DNA of 64,000 bases from Treponema sp. UBA1793 (GCA_002314445.1 DCFX01000097.1:39566-103565); one strand, 5' to 3'; numbered from the stretch's first letter, positions 17,530 to 27,046 are shown. A program made the numbers and translations. The notes: generated by a model from the sequence alone, not told the origin.

Positions 17530-19275
17530 ATGATTAGTCGCCATTATTTTTACAGAAGAATGCCTATGAAGCGGTTGGTTTTTCTTATTCTGATGGTTTT
17601 CTGTGTTCCGTTCGGCGCTTTCTTTATATGGTACAATGCGCATGCCATTAATATCATCAATGACAGAATTGCGGAAAATACGAAAAGTAAAATTTCATAT
17701 TATCAGGATTCCTCTGAAAGCATGCTGGAATATATTGAAGGCTTTATGATAAATACGGTCGCCAATGATGCGAATTTCCGGCAGCTTGAATTTAAACTTT
17801 CGGAACTTGATGCACATCTCAATTCGTATGAAATTCTTCAAAAATATCAGAATATGATGACGTTGAATCCTGTACTGCGTGCAATGTTCATATATACGAT
17901 AAAAAACGATTTGTACCGGAAAATCTATACATATAATTTTCCTTTCCGCGACAAAGAAGTTATTGATGAGTACATAAAGAATAGAATCCTTTCACAAAAA
18001 ACAGATATGAAAAAATGGACTGTCGAGAAAATAGGAGAGAAATACTATCTGCTGAGAATTCTCGGAATTAATAATACATACTGCATCAGTCTTGTTGATT
18101 TTGATGTGTTGTACAGAATGGAAAATCTGCAGGCGTTTCCCGAGGAGCATCTGTTTTATGCTGACGATACTATGCAGCCGCTTACGGATCTGGAAATACT
18201 GGTCCGGAAAAAAATCACTATTCAGAAGCTGCATCCGGGAGACAAATATTCAATCCTTGACGGGAACCGCAGGTATTTTTTTGTGAGTAATTATTCAAAA
18301 TATCTTCATATGTATCTCATATCATGTTCTCCGTATTACGGGCTGTTGAAAAATATGGACAGGTTTCAATTTATTCTTCTGGTTGTGAGCGTCCTTTTTA
18401 TGTTTCTGATAGGTCTGTGTTTTGTTCTTCTGAATCATCTCCTTATTTCTCCGCTCGATATGTTTGTACGGACAATGACGAAAATCAAGGAAGGCCAGAT
18501 AAGCAGCCGCCTGAGTATGCCGGAATATATTCTGGAGTTTTCTCAGATAGGCACTGTATTTAACGGAATGATGGATGAAATTACAAAACTTAAAATAGAA
18601 AAATACGAACAGGAGATGGAACTGCAGAAAGTTGAATTGCAGCGGCTGCAGATTCAGATACGCCCGCATTTTTATTTGAACTGTCTGAAAATATTTTACG
18701 GCATGGCAGAGCAGAAACAGTACCGGAAGATACAGGAAATGATTTTGTCCCTTTCAGGCTATCTGCGGGCGCTTTTTAAAAACCGGGATTTTACCGTATC
18801 TGTCGATGACGAACTTTCCAGCGTTGAGAAGTATATGGATTTTCAGCAGCGGTGTGCGGATATTCCGCCTGTGCTTGTGACGTCGATTGCAGAGAACGTG
18901 AGGGAGTTTCAGATACCTTCCATGTCTGTGCTCACGTTTGTCGAAAATGCGTTGAAGTACGCACAAATCCCCGGAGAAGTATTAAGAATCAGAATAACGG
19001 CAAAAAAGCTTGAGAGCGGCGGTGAGTCATGCATCAATATAACGATTGCAGACAACGGCCTGGGGTTTTCGGAAGAATCACTTGCAAAACTCAATGCAAA
19101 GAATCCCGATGAGAACAGTCCGGAACAGATAGGTATTATGAATATCAGGAGACGTCTGGCGATTTTATACGGGAATAAGTTCGAAATGATATTTCTGAAC
19201 CGCCACGGTGCGTGTATAGAATTGTTTATTCAACCGGAAGGTGTAATCCCACGGGGACTGTTGCAGGGGTATTAA
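17530..19275 (+). CDS. Sensor histidine kinase (YesM-like: 2 TM, HAMP, His_kinase, HATPase_c)
   Basis: 581 aa. H-box IQIRPHFYLNCL, N-box VENALKYA and G-box DNGLGF. The start is uncertain (ATG 17530 or downstream Met codons). Confidence 0.8.
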   Translation: MISRHYFYRRMPMKRLVFLILMVFCVPFGAFFIWYNAHAINIINDRIAENTKSKISYYQDSSESMLEYIEGFMINTVANDANFRQLEFKLSELDAHLNSYEILQKYQNMMTLNPVLRAMFIYTIKNDLYRKIYTYNFPFRDKEVIDEYIKNRILSQKTDMKKWTVEKIGEKYYLLRILGINNTYCISLVDFDVLYRMENLQAFPEEHLFYADDTMQPLTDLEILVRKKITIQKLHPGDKYSILDGNRRYFFVSNYSKYLHMYLISCSPYYGLLKNMDRFQFILLVVSVLFMFLIGLCFVLLNHLLISPLDMFVRTMTKIKEGQISSRLSMPEYILEFSQIGTVFNGMMDEITKLKIEKYEQEMELQKVELQRLQIQIRPHFYLNCLKIFYGMAEQKQYRKIQEMILSLSGYLRALFKNRDFTVSVDDELSSVEKYMDFQQRCADIPPVLVTSIAENVREFQIPSMSVLTFVENALKYAQIPGEVLRIRITAKKLESGGESCINITIADNGLGFSEESLAKLNAKNPDENSPEQIGIMNIRRRLAILYGNKFEMIFLNRHGACIELFIQPEGVIPRGLLQGY

Positions 19276-19387
19276 TTTCTGCAAGGTAACATTTTTACTA
19301 TAACAATATCACATTTTTTGCATGCAGTGCGTATTGCGGCAGATACTGGTTACTTTTTTTGCATATTAATAATTTTTTATGGTAGCG

Positions 19388-19399
19388 GACTTGAAAAAC
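19388..19399 (+). promoter_or_regulatory. Leader motif GACTTGAAAAAC, shared with the paralogous locus (50782-50793)
   Basis: 11/12 identical to GACCTGAAAAAC at a similar distance (50 vs 54 nt) from the binding-protein start codon. The flanking TTTTAT..ATGG..AG is also similar. Confidence 0.35.
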
Positions 19400-19437
19400 G
19401 CGTGCAAGAATAATCAGTAAATCAACAGGAGGATTTT

Positions 19438-20913
19438 ATGAAATTACAACTGGCTGCTGTGTGTCTCACCGCTGCTTTGTCTGTTTTAGCGGTTTCCGGC
19501 TGCAAAAACCGTGTCGGATCGGTGGATTCAAAAGGGTCTGCCGATGAATATGTCGTTACTATCTATGCGCCGTATAACGGTACAACGGACGATTGTGCAA
19601 AAATTTCCGCAGAGGCTAGTAAAATAACAGAGAAACTGATCGGCTGCAAAGTTGATCTTGTACGTAACGTGTCTGTCAATCAGCTGAATCTTGCGCTTGC
19701 TTCCGGTGAAAAACTTGATTTGTTCTATGCCTTTCCATGGGAAGTTTCTCTGTCATCCATGGCTGTCAGCAATCAGATTATTCCGATGGACGATCTCCTT
19801 GCAAAGTATGCTCCTGATATGCTGCAGTCCATTTCTCCGGACGACTGGAGATGCGTTATTATAGACGGAAAGAAATACGGCGTACCGATGAACAAGGATA
19901 AGGCACAGGGGCGCGGTTTTCTTATGGTCAAATCTGTTGCGGATGAAGTCGGGTTTGATTACAGCAAATACGTAACATATGCTGATCTTGACGCCTGCTT
20001 TAAAAAAGTGAAGGCTGCGCATAAAAACATGTGGACTGTTGTACCCAACGGCGGAACGATGAATCATCCCGCATGGGCTGCGGATATTCTTGGCGACGGC
20101 CTCGGGGTTCTTGAGAACTGCCTGACAGACAGCACAAAAGTGGTGAATCTGTACGATACTCCGTCATTTAAAGAATATTGTTCATATATGTATAAATGGT
20201 CTAAAGAAGGATACATGATGCCCGATGCTGTAAACACGACAGAGGGCTACGATGTGTATATTAATTCCGGTATCGGGTTCGGAACATTCTCTCCTTTTAA
20301 ATCCGGAATCGAAGCGGAAGAGACGAGAAAGTGCGGCAAAGAAATGGTGATTGCAAAAATGTACGAACCTCATTCCACAACTTCAATGGTCAATGCCGCA
20401 TGGTGCATTGCAAACAACAGCAAGAATCCCGGTAAGGCAATGCAGGTTTTAAATCTTCTGTACACGAATCCTGAACTTGCAAACCTGTTTGTTAACGGTG
20501 TGGAAGGTGTCCACTGGGAATTCGCAGACAAAGATAAAGGCATCATAAAATATGCAGATGGCATTACTGCTGCAACAACCGGTTATTCCGTCGTCGGATG
20601 GGCATGGCCGAACGAGCAGATAACGTATGTGTGGGAAGGTGATGATCCTGATGTCTGGAAAAAACTGGGAGAGTTCAATAAATCTGCGCATTCTTCTCCT
20701 GCAAAGGGCTTTGTATGGAATAATGAAAAAGTCCTGAACGCAGTAACGGCCTGTAATAATGTTGTCGCAAAATATGAAGCAGGTTTACTTACCGGATGCC
20801 TTGACCCGGAAAAAACGATACCGCAGTTCAATAAAGAGCTTAAAGCAGCAGGTATTGATGCTGTCATTTCTGAAAAACAGAATCAGCTCGATGCATGGTT
20901 AAAGACCAGATAA
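19438..20913 (+). CDS. ABC extracellular solute-binding lipoprotein (family 1, LplA-like)
   Basis: 491 aa. AGGAGG SD and signal peptide plus lipobox AVSGC. Confidence 0.85.
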   Translation: MKLQLAAVCLTAALSVLAVSGCKNRVGSVDSKGSADEYVVTIYAPYNGTTDDCAKISAEASKITEKLIGCKVDLVRNVSVNQLNLALASGEKLDLFYAFPWEVSLSSMAVSNQIIPMDDLLAKYAPDMLQSISPDDWRCVIIDGKKYGVPMNKDKAQGRGFLMVKSVADEVGFDYSKYVTYADLDACFKKVKAAHKNMWTVVPNGGTMNHPAWAADILGDGLGVLENCLTDSTKVVNLYDTPSFKEYCSYMYKWSKEGYMMPDAVNTTEGYDVYINSGIGFGTFSPFKSGIEAEETRKCGKEMVIAKMYEPHSTTSMVNAAWCIANNSKNPGKAMQVLNLLYTNPELANLFVNGVEGVHWEFADKDKGIIKYADGITAATTGYSVVGWAWPNEQITYVWEGDDPDVWKKLGEFNKSAHSSPAKGFVWNNEKVLNAVTACNNVVAKYEAGLLTGCLDPEKTIPQFNKELKAAGIDAVISEKQNQLDAWLKTR

Positions 20914-20919
20914 TCTGAC

Positions 20920-20954
20920 GACAGGTCTCTCGTCTCTGCGCCGGGAGACCTGTC
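20920..20954 (+). terminator. Intra-operon hairpin after the binding-protein gene
   Basis: GACAGGTCTC (20920-20929) pairs with GAGACCTGTC (20945-20954), 10 bp perfect. Confidence 0.4.
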
Positions 20955-20970
20955 TCCAAGGAGACATTTG

Positions 20971-21894
20971 ATGGGAAAAAAAATTACAGCAAAAAAAATA
21001 GTAAGTTTCATTCCGTTTTATATTATGATGCTTCCCGGAATTGTGTATATCATAATAAATAATTATATTCCGATGTCAGGTGTGGTATTGGCATTTAAGC
21101 GGTACGATTACAAACTGGGAATGTACCGGAGCAGGTTTACGGGTTTTGATAATTTCAAGTTCCTCTTCAAAACAAAAGACGCTTTTAATATTACGAAAAA
21201 CACGCTGCTGTACAATGCTGTATTCATTATTATCGGCACAGCAGCCGCTATCACCGTTGCGATTATCCTGAATGATATTACCGGCAAGAGAATAAAAAAA
21301 ATGTGCCAGACATGTATTCTCGTTCCGTATCTTATTTCGATGGTCGTCGTCAGTTATATCGTGTACGGATTTTTAAATTCACAATTCGGTTTTATCAATA
21401 AGTCTGTTCTTGAGCCTATGGGAATAAAACCGGTTTCATGGTATTCGACGCCGTCATACTGGCCGTTTATCCTCGTTTTCGTCAATTTGTGGAAAAATCT
21501 CGGGTATAACTGCATTATTTATTATGCGACAATAGTCGGAATCGACAGAAGTTATTATGAAGCCGCAGAAATAGACGGAGCGGGAAAGTGGCAGCAGATA
21601 AGGTACATAACTCTTCCCTGCCTGAAAACGACGATTATTATACTCACGCTTATGGCAATCGGAAGAATATTCTATTCCGATTTCGGCCTCTTCTATCAGG
21701 TGCCTATGAACAGCGGTGCGCTTATAGATGCAACGAATACGATTGATACCTACGTATACCGCGGCCTTACTCAGATGAACAACATCGGTATGGCAGCTGC
21801 AGCAGGATTCTATCAGTCGGTGGTCGGATTCGTGCTTATTCTTTCGGCAAACCAGATAGTACGGAAGGTAAACAAAGAAAGTGCTTTGTTCTAG
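20971..21894 (+). CDS. Sugar ABC permease (LplB/MalF-like)
   Basis: EAA loop EAAEIDGAGKWQQIRYITLP. About 65% identical by eye to the ORF at 52353-53279. Confidence 0.85.
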   Translation: MGKKITAKKIVSFIPFYIMMLPGIVYIIINNYIPMSGVVLAFKRYDYKLGMYRSRFTGFDNFKFLFKTKDAFNITKNTLLYNAVFIIIGTAAAITVAIILNDITGKRIKKMCQTCILVPYLISMVVVSYIVYGFLNSQFGFINKSVLEPMGIKPVSWYSTPSYWPFILVFVNLWKNLGYNCIIYYATIVGIDRSYYEAAEIDGAGKWQQIRYITLPCLKTTIIILTLMAIGRIFYSDFGLFYQVPMNSGALIDATNTIDTYVYRGLTQMNNIGMAAAAGFYQSVVGFVLILSANQIVRKVNKESALF

Positions 21895-21903
21895 GAGATT
21901 GTA

Positions 21904-22779
21904 ATGACAAATAAAAAATCGTATCAGATGGTAATAACAACCGTTATGATTGTTATCAGTCTTATATGTATCATTCCGTTTATCCTTCTGATAAGCTCTT
22001 CAATTACGTCGGAAGAGATGCTTGTTAAAAACGGTTACTCATTCTGGCCGAAGAAACTTGATTTGAGCGCGTATAAATATCTGCTGTTCGGCTCCGGTGC
22101 CGTGCTAAGAGGGTATGCAATATCCATCATCGTCACCGTATCGGGAACTTTGTTAAGTCTTCTGCTGACAATAATGTTCGCATATCCGCTGTCAAGGAAG
22201 GATCTGCCGGGCAGAAATATTTTTTCGTTTTTTATTTTTTTTACGATGCTGTTTAACGGTGGTCTTGTTCCCACGTATATTATGTGGACACAACTGTTCC
22301 ACATAAAAAACACCATATGGGCGCTTGTTTTTCCGAACCTGCTCATGAACGCTTTTAACGTCATTATGATGCGGACGTATTTTATGACGAACATTCCCGA
22401 AGAAGTTATTGAAGCTGCAAGAATCGACGGTTCGGGAGAATTCCGCATATTGTTCGGTATTATAGTTCCGATGGCACTTCCCATAATAATAACAATTACA
22501 CTGCTTGTCGGACTCGGCTATTGGAATGACTGGCTCAATGGTTTGTACTATATTAACAATGATAAATATTATAGCATTCAGGTACTTCTGACAAAAATGC
22601 TGGAAAATGTTGAAATGGTAAAGAAGGCTTCCTCTGCAGGCGCTTCCACTATGAAAATGCCGTCGACTTCCATCCGGATGGCAGTTGCAGTAATCGGTGC
22701 GCTTCCGGTACTTGTCGTCTATCCGTTTTTCCAGAAATATTTTGTTAAAGGTATTGTAATCGGTGCGGTAAAAGGGTAA
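21904..22779 (+). CDS. Sugar ABC permease (LplC/MalG-like)
   Basis: EAA loop EAARIDGSGEFRILFGIIVPMALP. Paralogue of 53291-54175. Confidence 0.85.
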   Translation: MTNKKSYQMVITTVMIVISLICIIPFILLISSSITSEEMLVKNGYSFWPKKLDLSAYKYLLFGSGAVLRGYAISIIVTVSGTLLSLLLTIMFAYPLSRKDLPGRNIFSFFIFFTMLFNGGLVPTYIMWTQLFHIKNTIWALVFPNLLMNAFNVIMMRTYFMTNIPEEVIEAARIDGSGEFRILFGIIVPMALPIIITITLLVGLGYWNDWLNGLYYINNDKYYSIQVLLTKMLENVEMVKKASSAGASTMKMPSTSIRMAVAVIGALPVLVVYPFFQKYFVKGIVIGAVKG

Positions 22780-22801
22780 TCAAAAAATACGAGGTAGTAA
22801 T

Positions 22802-24184
22802 ATGAGTTTTCCTGAAAATTTTGCATGGGGTGCGGCATCAGCTGCATACCAGATAGAAGGAGCTGCATTTGAAGATGGTAAGGGTGCTTCCATATGGGAT
22901 GTATATTCAAACGATACAAGACTGAATCCTGTTACCGGAAAGACTAATATACGGAATCTGGATACGGCAAATACTGCCTGCGACCATTATCACCGGTATA
23001 AGGAAGACGTTGCGCTTATGAAGGAAATGGGCCTTAAAGCATACCGTTTTTCGATAAGCTGGAGCAGGGTACTTCCTGATGGATTTGGAAAGGTGAACCA
23101 GAAAGGAATACAGTTTTACAGTGATCTTGTAGACGAACTGCTGAATGCCGGTATTGAACCGTATGTCACGCTGTTTCACTGGGATTTCCCGCAGGCACTG
23201 CAGAACATCGGCGGATGGGCGAACCCGCAGATGCCGGTCATCTTTGCTGATTACGTGAAGGTCGTTGTTGATGCCCTTTCCGACAGGGTGACGCACTGGA
23301 TGACGCTGAACGAAGCACAGTGCCATATTATCATCGGTCATATTGACGGAAACTGCGCGCCGAAACTCAAAGTAACGTATCGTGAAGGGTTTTATCTTAT
23401 CAACGCGATACTGAAAGCCCACAGCCTTGCGGTCAGGAAAATCAGAGCGTATGCCGTAAAAAAGCCGTCAATCGGAATTGCCGCAAATCCGTGTGCATAT
23501 TATCCGGCTTCCGGCTCGAAAGCTGATATTGAGGCGGCCCGCACACAGGCTTTTTCTGCTGCAGATAAAAGTTTGTGGCCCACGACATGGTGGCTTGATC
23601 CGATCCTCCTGGGAAAGTATCCGGAAGACGGCATAAATGCATTCCGCTCCGACTTTCCCGAGGAACTGCTTAGAGAAGATAATATGAAGGATTTGTACAG
23701 CCCTATCGATTTCCTCGGATGCAATCTGTATCAGGGAACGGCAGTGCAGGCAGGCGCCGACGGTAAACCCGTATGCCTTCCTAAAAAGGCCGGATTCAAT
23801 CAGACTGCCTTCAAGTGGGAAGTGACCCCGGAAGTACTCAGGTACATGCCCGATTTTCTATACGAGCGGTACGGACTGCCGGTGATTATTACCGAAAACG
23901 GTCTGTCCATGGCCGACTGGGTCGCACTTGATGGAAAAGTCCATGATCCGCAGCGTATAGATTTTATGCACCGCTATCTGCTTGAACTGCGCAAAGCGGC
24001 TGAAGACGGAACACCTGTTGCCGGTTATTTTGCATGGTCGGTGATGGATAATTACGAATGGTCGGAAGGATTCGGCGAACGGTTCGGCCTTATTCACGTA
24101 GATTACCAGACACAGAAGCGGACTATAAAGGATTCCGGATTGTGGTACCGCAGCGTGATTGATTCGAACGGGGCCAGCCTTTAA
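22802..24184 (+). CDS. GH1 beta-glucosidase/beta-glycosidase (cytoplasmic)
   Basis: 460 aa with WGAASAAYQIEGA, YRFSISWSR, acid/base TLNEA and nucleophile ITENG. Confidence 0.9.
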   Translation: MSFPENFAWGAASAAYQIEGAAFEDGKGASIWDVYSNDTRLNPVTGKTNIRNLDTANTACDHYHRYKEDVALMKEMGLKAYRFSISWSRVLPDGFGKVNQKGIQFYSDLVDELLNAGIEPYVTLFHWDFPQALQNIGGWANPQMPVIFADYVKVVVDALSDRVTHWMTLNEAQCHIIIGHIDGNCAPKLKVTYREGFYLINAILKAHSLAVRKIRAYAVKKPSIGIAANPCAYYPASGSKADIEAARTQAFSAADKSLWPTTWWLDPILLGKYPEDGINAFRSDFPEELLREDNMKDLYSPIDFLGCNLYQGTAVQAGADGKPVCLPKKAGFNQTAFKWEVTPEVLRYMPDFLYERYGLPVIITENGLSMADWVALDGKVHDPQRIDFMHRYLLELRKAAEDGTPVAGYFAWSVMDNYEWSEGFGERFGLIHVDYQTQKRTIKDSGLWYRSVIDSNGASL

Positions 24185-24187
24185 AAA

Positions 24188-24245
24188 TTTCCTGCGGCAG
24201 CAGAAAAAGTACAGCTGCCGTACCGGAGCGTGCTGCTGCAGGAAA
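24188..24245 (+). terminator. Long imperfect hairpin after GH1, with a nested 7-bp hairpin
   Basis: TTTCCTGCGGCAGCA (24188-24202) pairs with TGCTGCTGCAGGAAA (24231-24245), 14/15. Inner hairpin CGGCAGC/GCTGCCG. Confidence 0.45.
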
Positions 24246-24376
24246 TATTTGTCTCAGAATTACTATAGTATGAAAAAAAATCACCGGTTTGCTTTATATG
24301 GTATCATATCTGCTCTGTTGTCGGTTGCGGAAAAGGGTTCTTTTTTGTATTCTATTAATTGGTGTGATATCCGAAT

Positions 24377-25483
24377 ATGAAAAAAGAAAATCTCTATGAA
24401 AAAATAATCGCTGATATTCAAAAGAAGATAATCAATAATACCTATGCTCTGAATGACCGCATTCCCACTGAATTCGAGCTTGCAGAGCAATACCAGGTGA
24501 GTCGTATTACTTCCAAGCGGGCTCTGGAGGAACTTAAAAACGAAGGATATATTTACCGGAAACAGGGAAGCGGCAGCTATGTTTCCGATGAATTTAAATA
24601 CCGCAGAAGCACAGGTGCCGGCAATTATGTTGCCGTTATCATGCCCCGGTATGTTTCTTCCGGCAGTTTTGCTGCCACTATCCGCGGAACATCTTCTGTA
24701 GTGCAGGAGAACGACCTTTCCCTGAAATTATATACAAATGTTAAATCACAGTCGGAAGTCAGTACCCTTTTGCAGGATCTGTACCGGCAGGACATTGCCG
24801 GGATTATTTACTATCCTTTTTCGGATGCTGAAAACATTGCAGTGCTGAATATGCTTGCAATGGCGCATTTTCCCCTTGTAACGATTGATAAATATTTTGA
24901 GTGCGTTCCCGTGAGCAGCGTGGTAAGCGATAATAAAAAAGGCGGGGAACTGTCGGCCGGATATCTTATCAGCAACGGGCACCGGACTATAGCGTTTGTT
25001 TCCGATATTCCGTTTGAATCGGCGACATCAATCCGTGACCGGTATTTCGGATATTGTACCGCGCTTCAGGCTCACGGTATTAAGGTGGATATGGACCTTA
25101 TTGTTCAGGGAGGCTGGACGAGCGAGTATCCCCGTACGTACAACCAAAAAGCGTATATGGAAATCATTCAGAATCTTCTTGCCCGCGGAGTGACGGCCGT
25201 CTGCGCGGCGAACGATATTATTGCCACATCTATCATACATGCAGCAAGCGATATGGGAGTCTCCATTCCCGGCCGGCTTTCAATTGTCGGTTTTGATGAT
25301 TCTGAAATGGCGGAATATATCCGCCCTCCGCTGACTTCGGTAAAGCAGGATTTTGTCCTCATGGGAAAAACTGCCGGTGAGCTCATCTGCCGTTCCCGTG
25401 AATCGGGGAAGCTTGATTATTCACGGACCGTTCTGCCCGTTTCTCTTGTAGAGAGAGAAACGGTTGCAAAAATCGATAATTGA
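24377..25483 (+). CDS. Hybrid transcriptional regulator: GntR-type winged HTH + LacI/PBP1 sugar-binding domain (AraR-like architecture)
   Basis: 368 aa. N-terminus LNDRIPTEFELAEQYQVSRITSKRALEELKNEGYIYRKQGSGSYV, followed by a periplasmic-binding-fold domain (VAVIMP.., TAVCAANDIIATSI, IVGFDD). Confidence 0.85.
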   Translation: MKKENLYEKIIADIQKKIINNTYALNDRIPTEFELAEQYQVSRITSKRALEELKNEGYIYRKQGSGSYVSDEFKYRRSTGAGNYVAVIMPRYVSSGSFAATIRGTSSVVQENDLSLKLYTNVKSQSEVSTLLQDLYRQDIAGIIYYPFSDAENIAVLNMLAMAHFPLVTIDKYFECVPVSSVVSDNKKGGELSAGYLISNGHRTIAFVSDIPFESATSIRDRYFGYCTALQAHGIKVDMDLIVQGGWTSEYPRTYNQKAYMEIIQNLLARGVTAVCAANDIIATSIIHAASDMGVSIPGRLSIVGFDDSEMAEYIRPPLTSVKQDFVLMGKTAGELICRSRESGKLDYSRTVLPVSLVERETVAKIDN

Positions 25484-25493
25484 TATATCAATT
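25478..25493. promoter_or_regulatory. Perfect 16-bp palindrome AATTGATATATCAATT (candidate operator O1), overlapping the regulator stop codon
   Basis: Read directly from the sequence. The core TTGATATATCAA recurs at 25564-25575. Confidence 0.5.
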
Positions 25494-25525
25494 AATATAT
25501 AATTCTCTTTTTTTACTTTTTTTTC

Positions 25526-25553
25526 TTGACATATGGGTATTTTGTACTATACT
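25526..25553 (+). promoter_or_regulatory. Sigma-70-like promoter for the mannosidase ABC operon
   Basis: TTGACA (25526-25531), 16-nt spacer, TATACT (25548-25553). Confidence 0.5.
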
Positions 25554-25563
25554 AAACATATAT

Positions 25564-25575
25564 TTGATATATCAA
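25564..25575. promoter_or_regulatory. Perfect 12-bp palindrome TTGATATATCAA (candidate operator O2) just downstream of the -10
   Basis: Same core as 25480-25491. Centres are 84 bp apart. Confidence 0.5.
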
Positions 25576-25625
25576 CTTTGGCGTAGTACACGCAAGCTCC
25601 GCTTGTCCGTTATCTGGAGGAAAAA

Positions 25626-26942
25626 ATGTTGAAAAAAACGATTGCAGTAGTAGTGGGATTATGCCTTGCAGGCAGCTCGATTTTTGCCCGAAGCAGCAGA
25701 AAAACGGGTAAAAAAACAACGCTTAATGTCATGTACAAAGAAGTCACCGGATATACTCCCTGGCTTGAACAGGCAAAGGCACAGTTTGAAGAGGCAAATC
25801 CGAACGTGACGGTAAAACTGTTATGTCTGCCGAGTACCGAGGCAGATTACAACACAAAGACGGCTCTGACGCTGCAGACTGACAACAGCGTGGATGTAAT
25901 GGTTACTGACAGTTTCCTTGTTGCATCTCTTGTCGGTTCAGACTGCCTTGCGCCGCTTGATGTGTCTGACTGGGCTGACTGGAAAATGCAGTACCCTGAA
26001 AGCATCCGCAGCAGCCAGACTATAAACGGAAAAGTGTATGCAGTTCCGTATACGACTGATACCCGCGGGCTGTATTACAATGCAAAAACGCTCGCAAAAG
26101 CCGGAATAAACATGCCGTGGGAACCGAAGTCCTGGGCAGACGTTCTTGACGCTGTCAAGAAACTGCAGGCAGCAGGTATTCCGTATCCGATTTGGATGAA
26201 CGGTTCAAAAGCTCAGGGTGAAGGAACGAGCATGCAGACGTTTGAAATGCTGCTTTCCGGAACAAACGACTGGCTGTATGAAAACGGTAAATGGGTGACA
26301 AAATCAAAGGGTTTTACCGATTCACTGAAATTTATTCAGTCCCTGCATGATATGGGAATTTATTCGAATATGAATCTTGCAACGATGCTTGATGCGAACG
26401 GCTGGCAGGTTCTGCCTGAAAAATTTGCAAAAGGCAGCGATGTGGGTATCCTTCTTGACGGCTGCTGGAAAGGAGCGGACTGGATCAACGCGCTGGGTGC
26501 AGACAAAGTGCAGGATACCGTCAAAATAGTACCGATGCCCCGGCAGAACGGAGCAGGATTTACTTCAATGAGCGGCGGATGGACGCTTGCAGTTTCAAAA
26601 CTTTCAAGTCATAAAGATATGGCATTGAATTTCATAAAACTTGCAGTTAATAAAGAGAATATGGTGTTCTTTACGACAAAAGGCGGAGATATGACAGTTC
26701 GTTCTGATGTCGGTTCCGATCCGCGCTATGCTCAGCTTAATTATTACCGGACGGCAATGACTCCGTATATTGCATGGACCCGTTTCCGCCCGGCTGTTGA
26801 CGGATACCCGAGTGTGTCAATTGAAATCCAGACGGCTGTTGAATCGGTCATTTCCGGACAGAAGACGGCAGAAGAAGCTGCAGCTGTTTATGCGGCAAAT
26901 ATCAGCAAGATTGCCGGAAAGGGAAATTACGTCGAAAAGTAA
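25626..26942 (+). CDS. ABC sugar-binding protein (family 1)
   Basis: 438 aa. GGAGG SD and N-terminal signal peptide. Confidence 0.85.
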   Translation: MLKKTIAVVVGLCLAGSSIFARSSRKTGKKTTLNVMYKEVTGYTPWLEQAKAQFEEANPNVTVKLLCLPSTEADYNTKTALTLQTDNSVDVMVTDSFLVASLVGSDCLAPLDVSDWADWKMQYPESIRSSQTINGKVYAVPYTTDTRGLYYNAKTLAKAGINMPWEPKSWADVLDAVKKLQAAGIPYPIWMNGSKAQGEGTSMQTFEMLLSGTNDWLYENGKWVTKSKGFTDSLKFIQSLHDMGIYSNMNLATMLDANGWQVLPEKFAKGSDVGILLDGCWKGADWINALGADKVQDTVKIVPMPRQNGAGFTSMSGGWTLAVSKLSSHKDMALNFIKLAVNKENMVFFTTKGGDMTVRSDVGSDPRYAQLNYYRTAMTPYIAWTRFRPAVDGYPSVSIEIQTAVESVISGQKTAEEAAAVYAANISKIAGKGNYVEK

Positions 26943-27046
26943 CAGCAAAAAATTAATTTAAAAACAATGGAAAGAATTACAGGCCGTTCCGCAGCTGAAG
27001 CTTTCGGGGCGGTCTGTTCTGCATTTTTCTTAAGGGGTGGCTCAGG

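Noticed and set aside
19298-19307. CTATAACAAT, resembling the shared GH3/maa element, upstream of the locus-1 lipoprotein gene
   Set aside because: Only 10 nt match, and it is in the opposite orientation relative to the downstream gene. This is compatible with chance in AT-rich intergenic DNA.
26980-27020. Possible terminator after the GH38-locus binding-protein gene
   Set aside because: I could not find a convincing continuous stem when pairing the GC-rich segments by hand.
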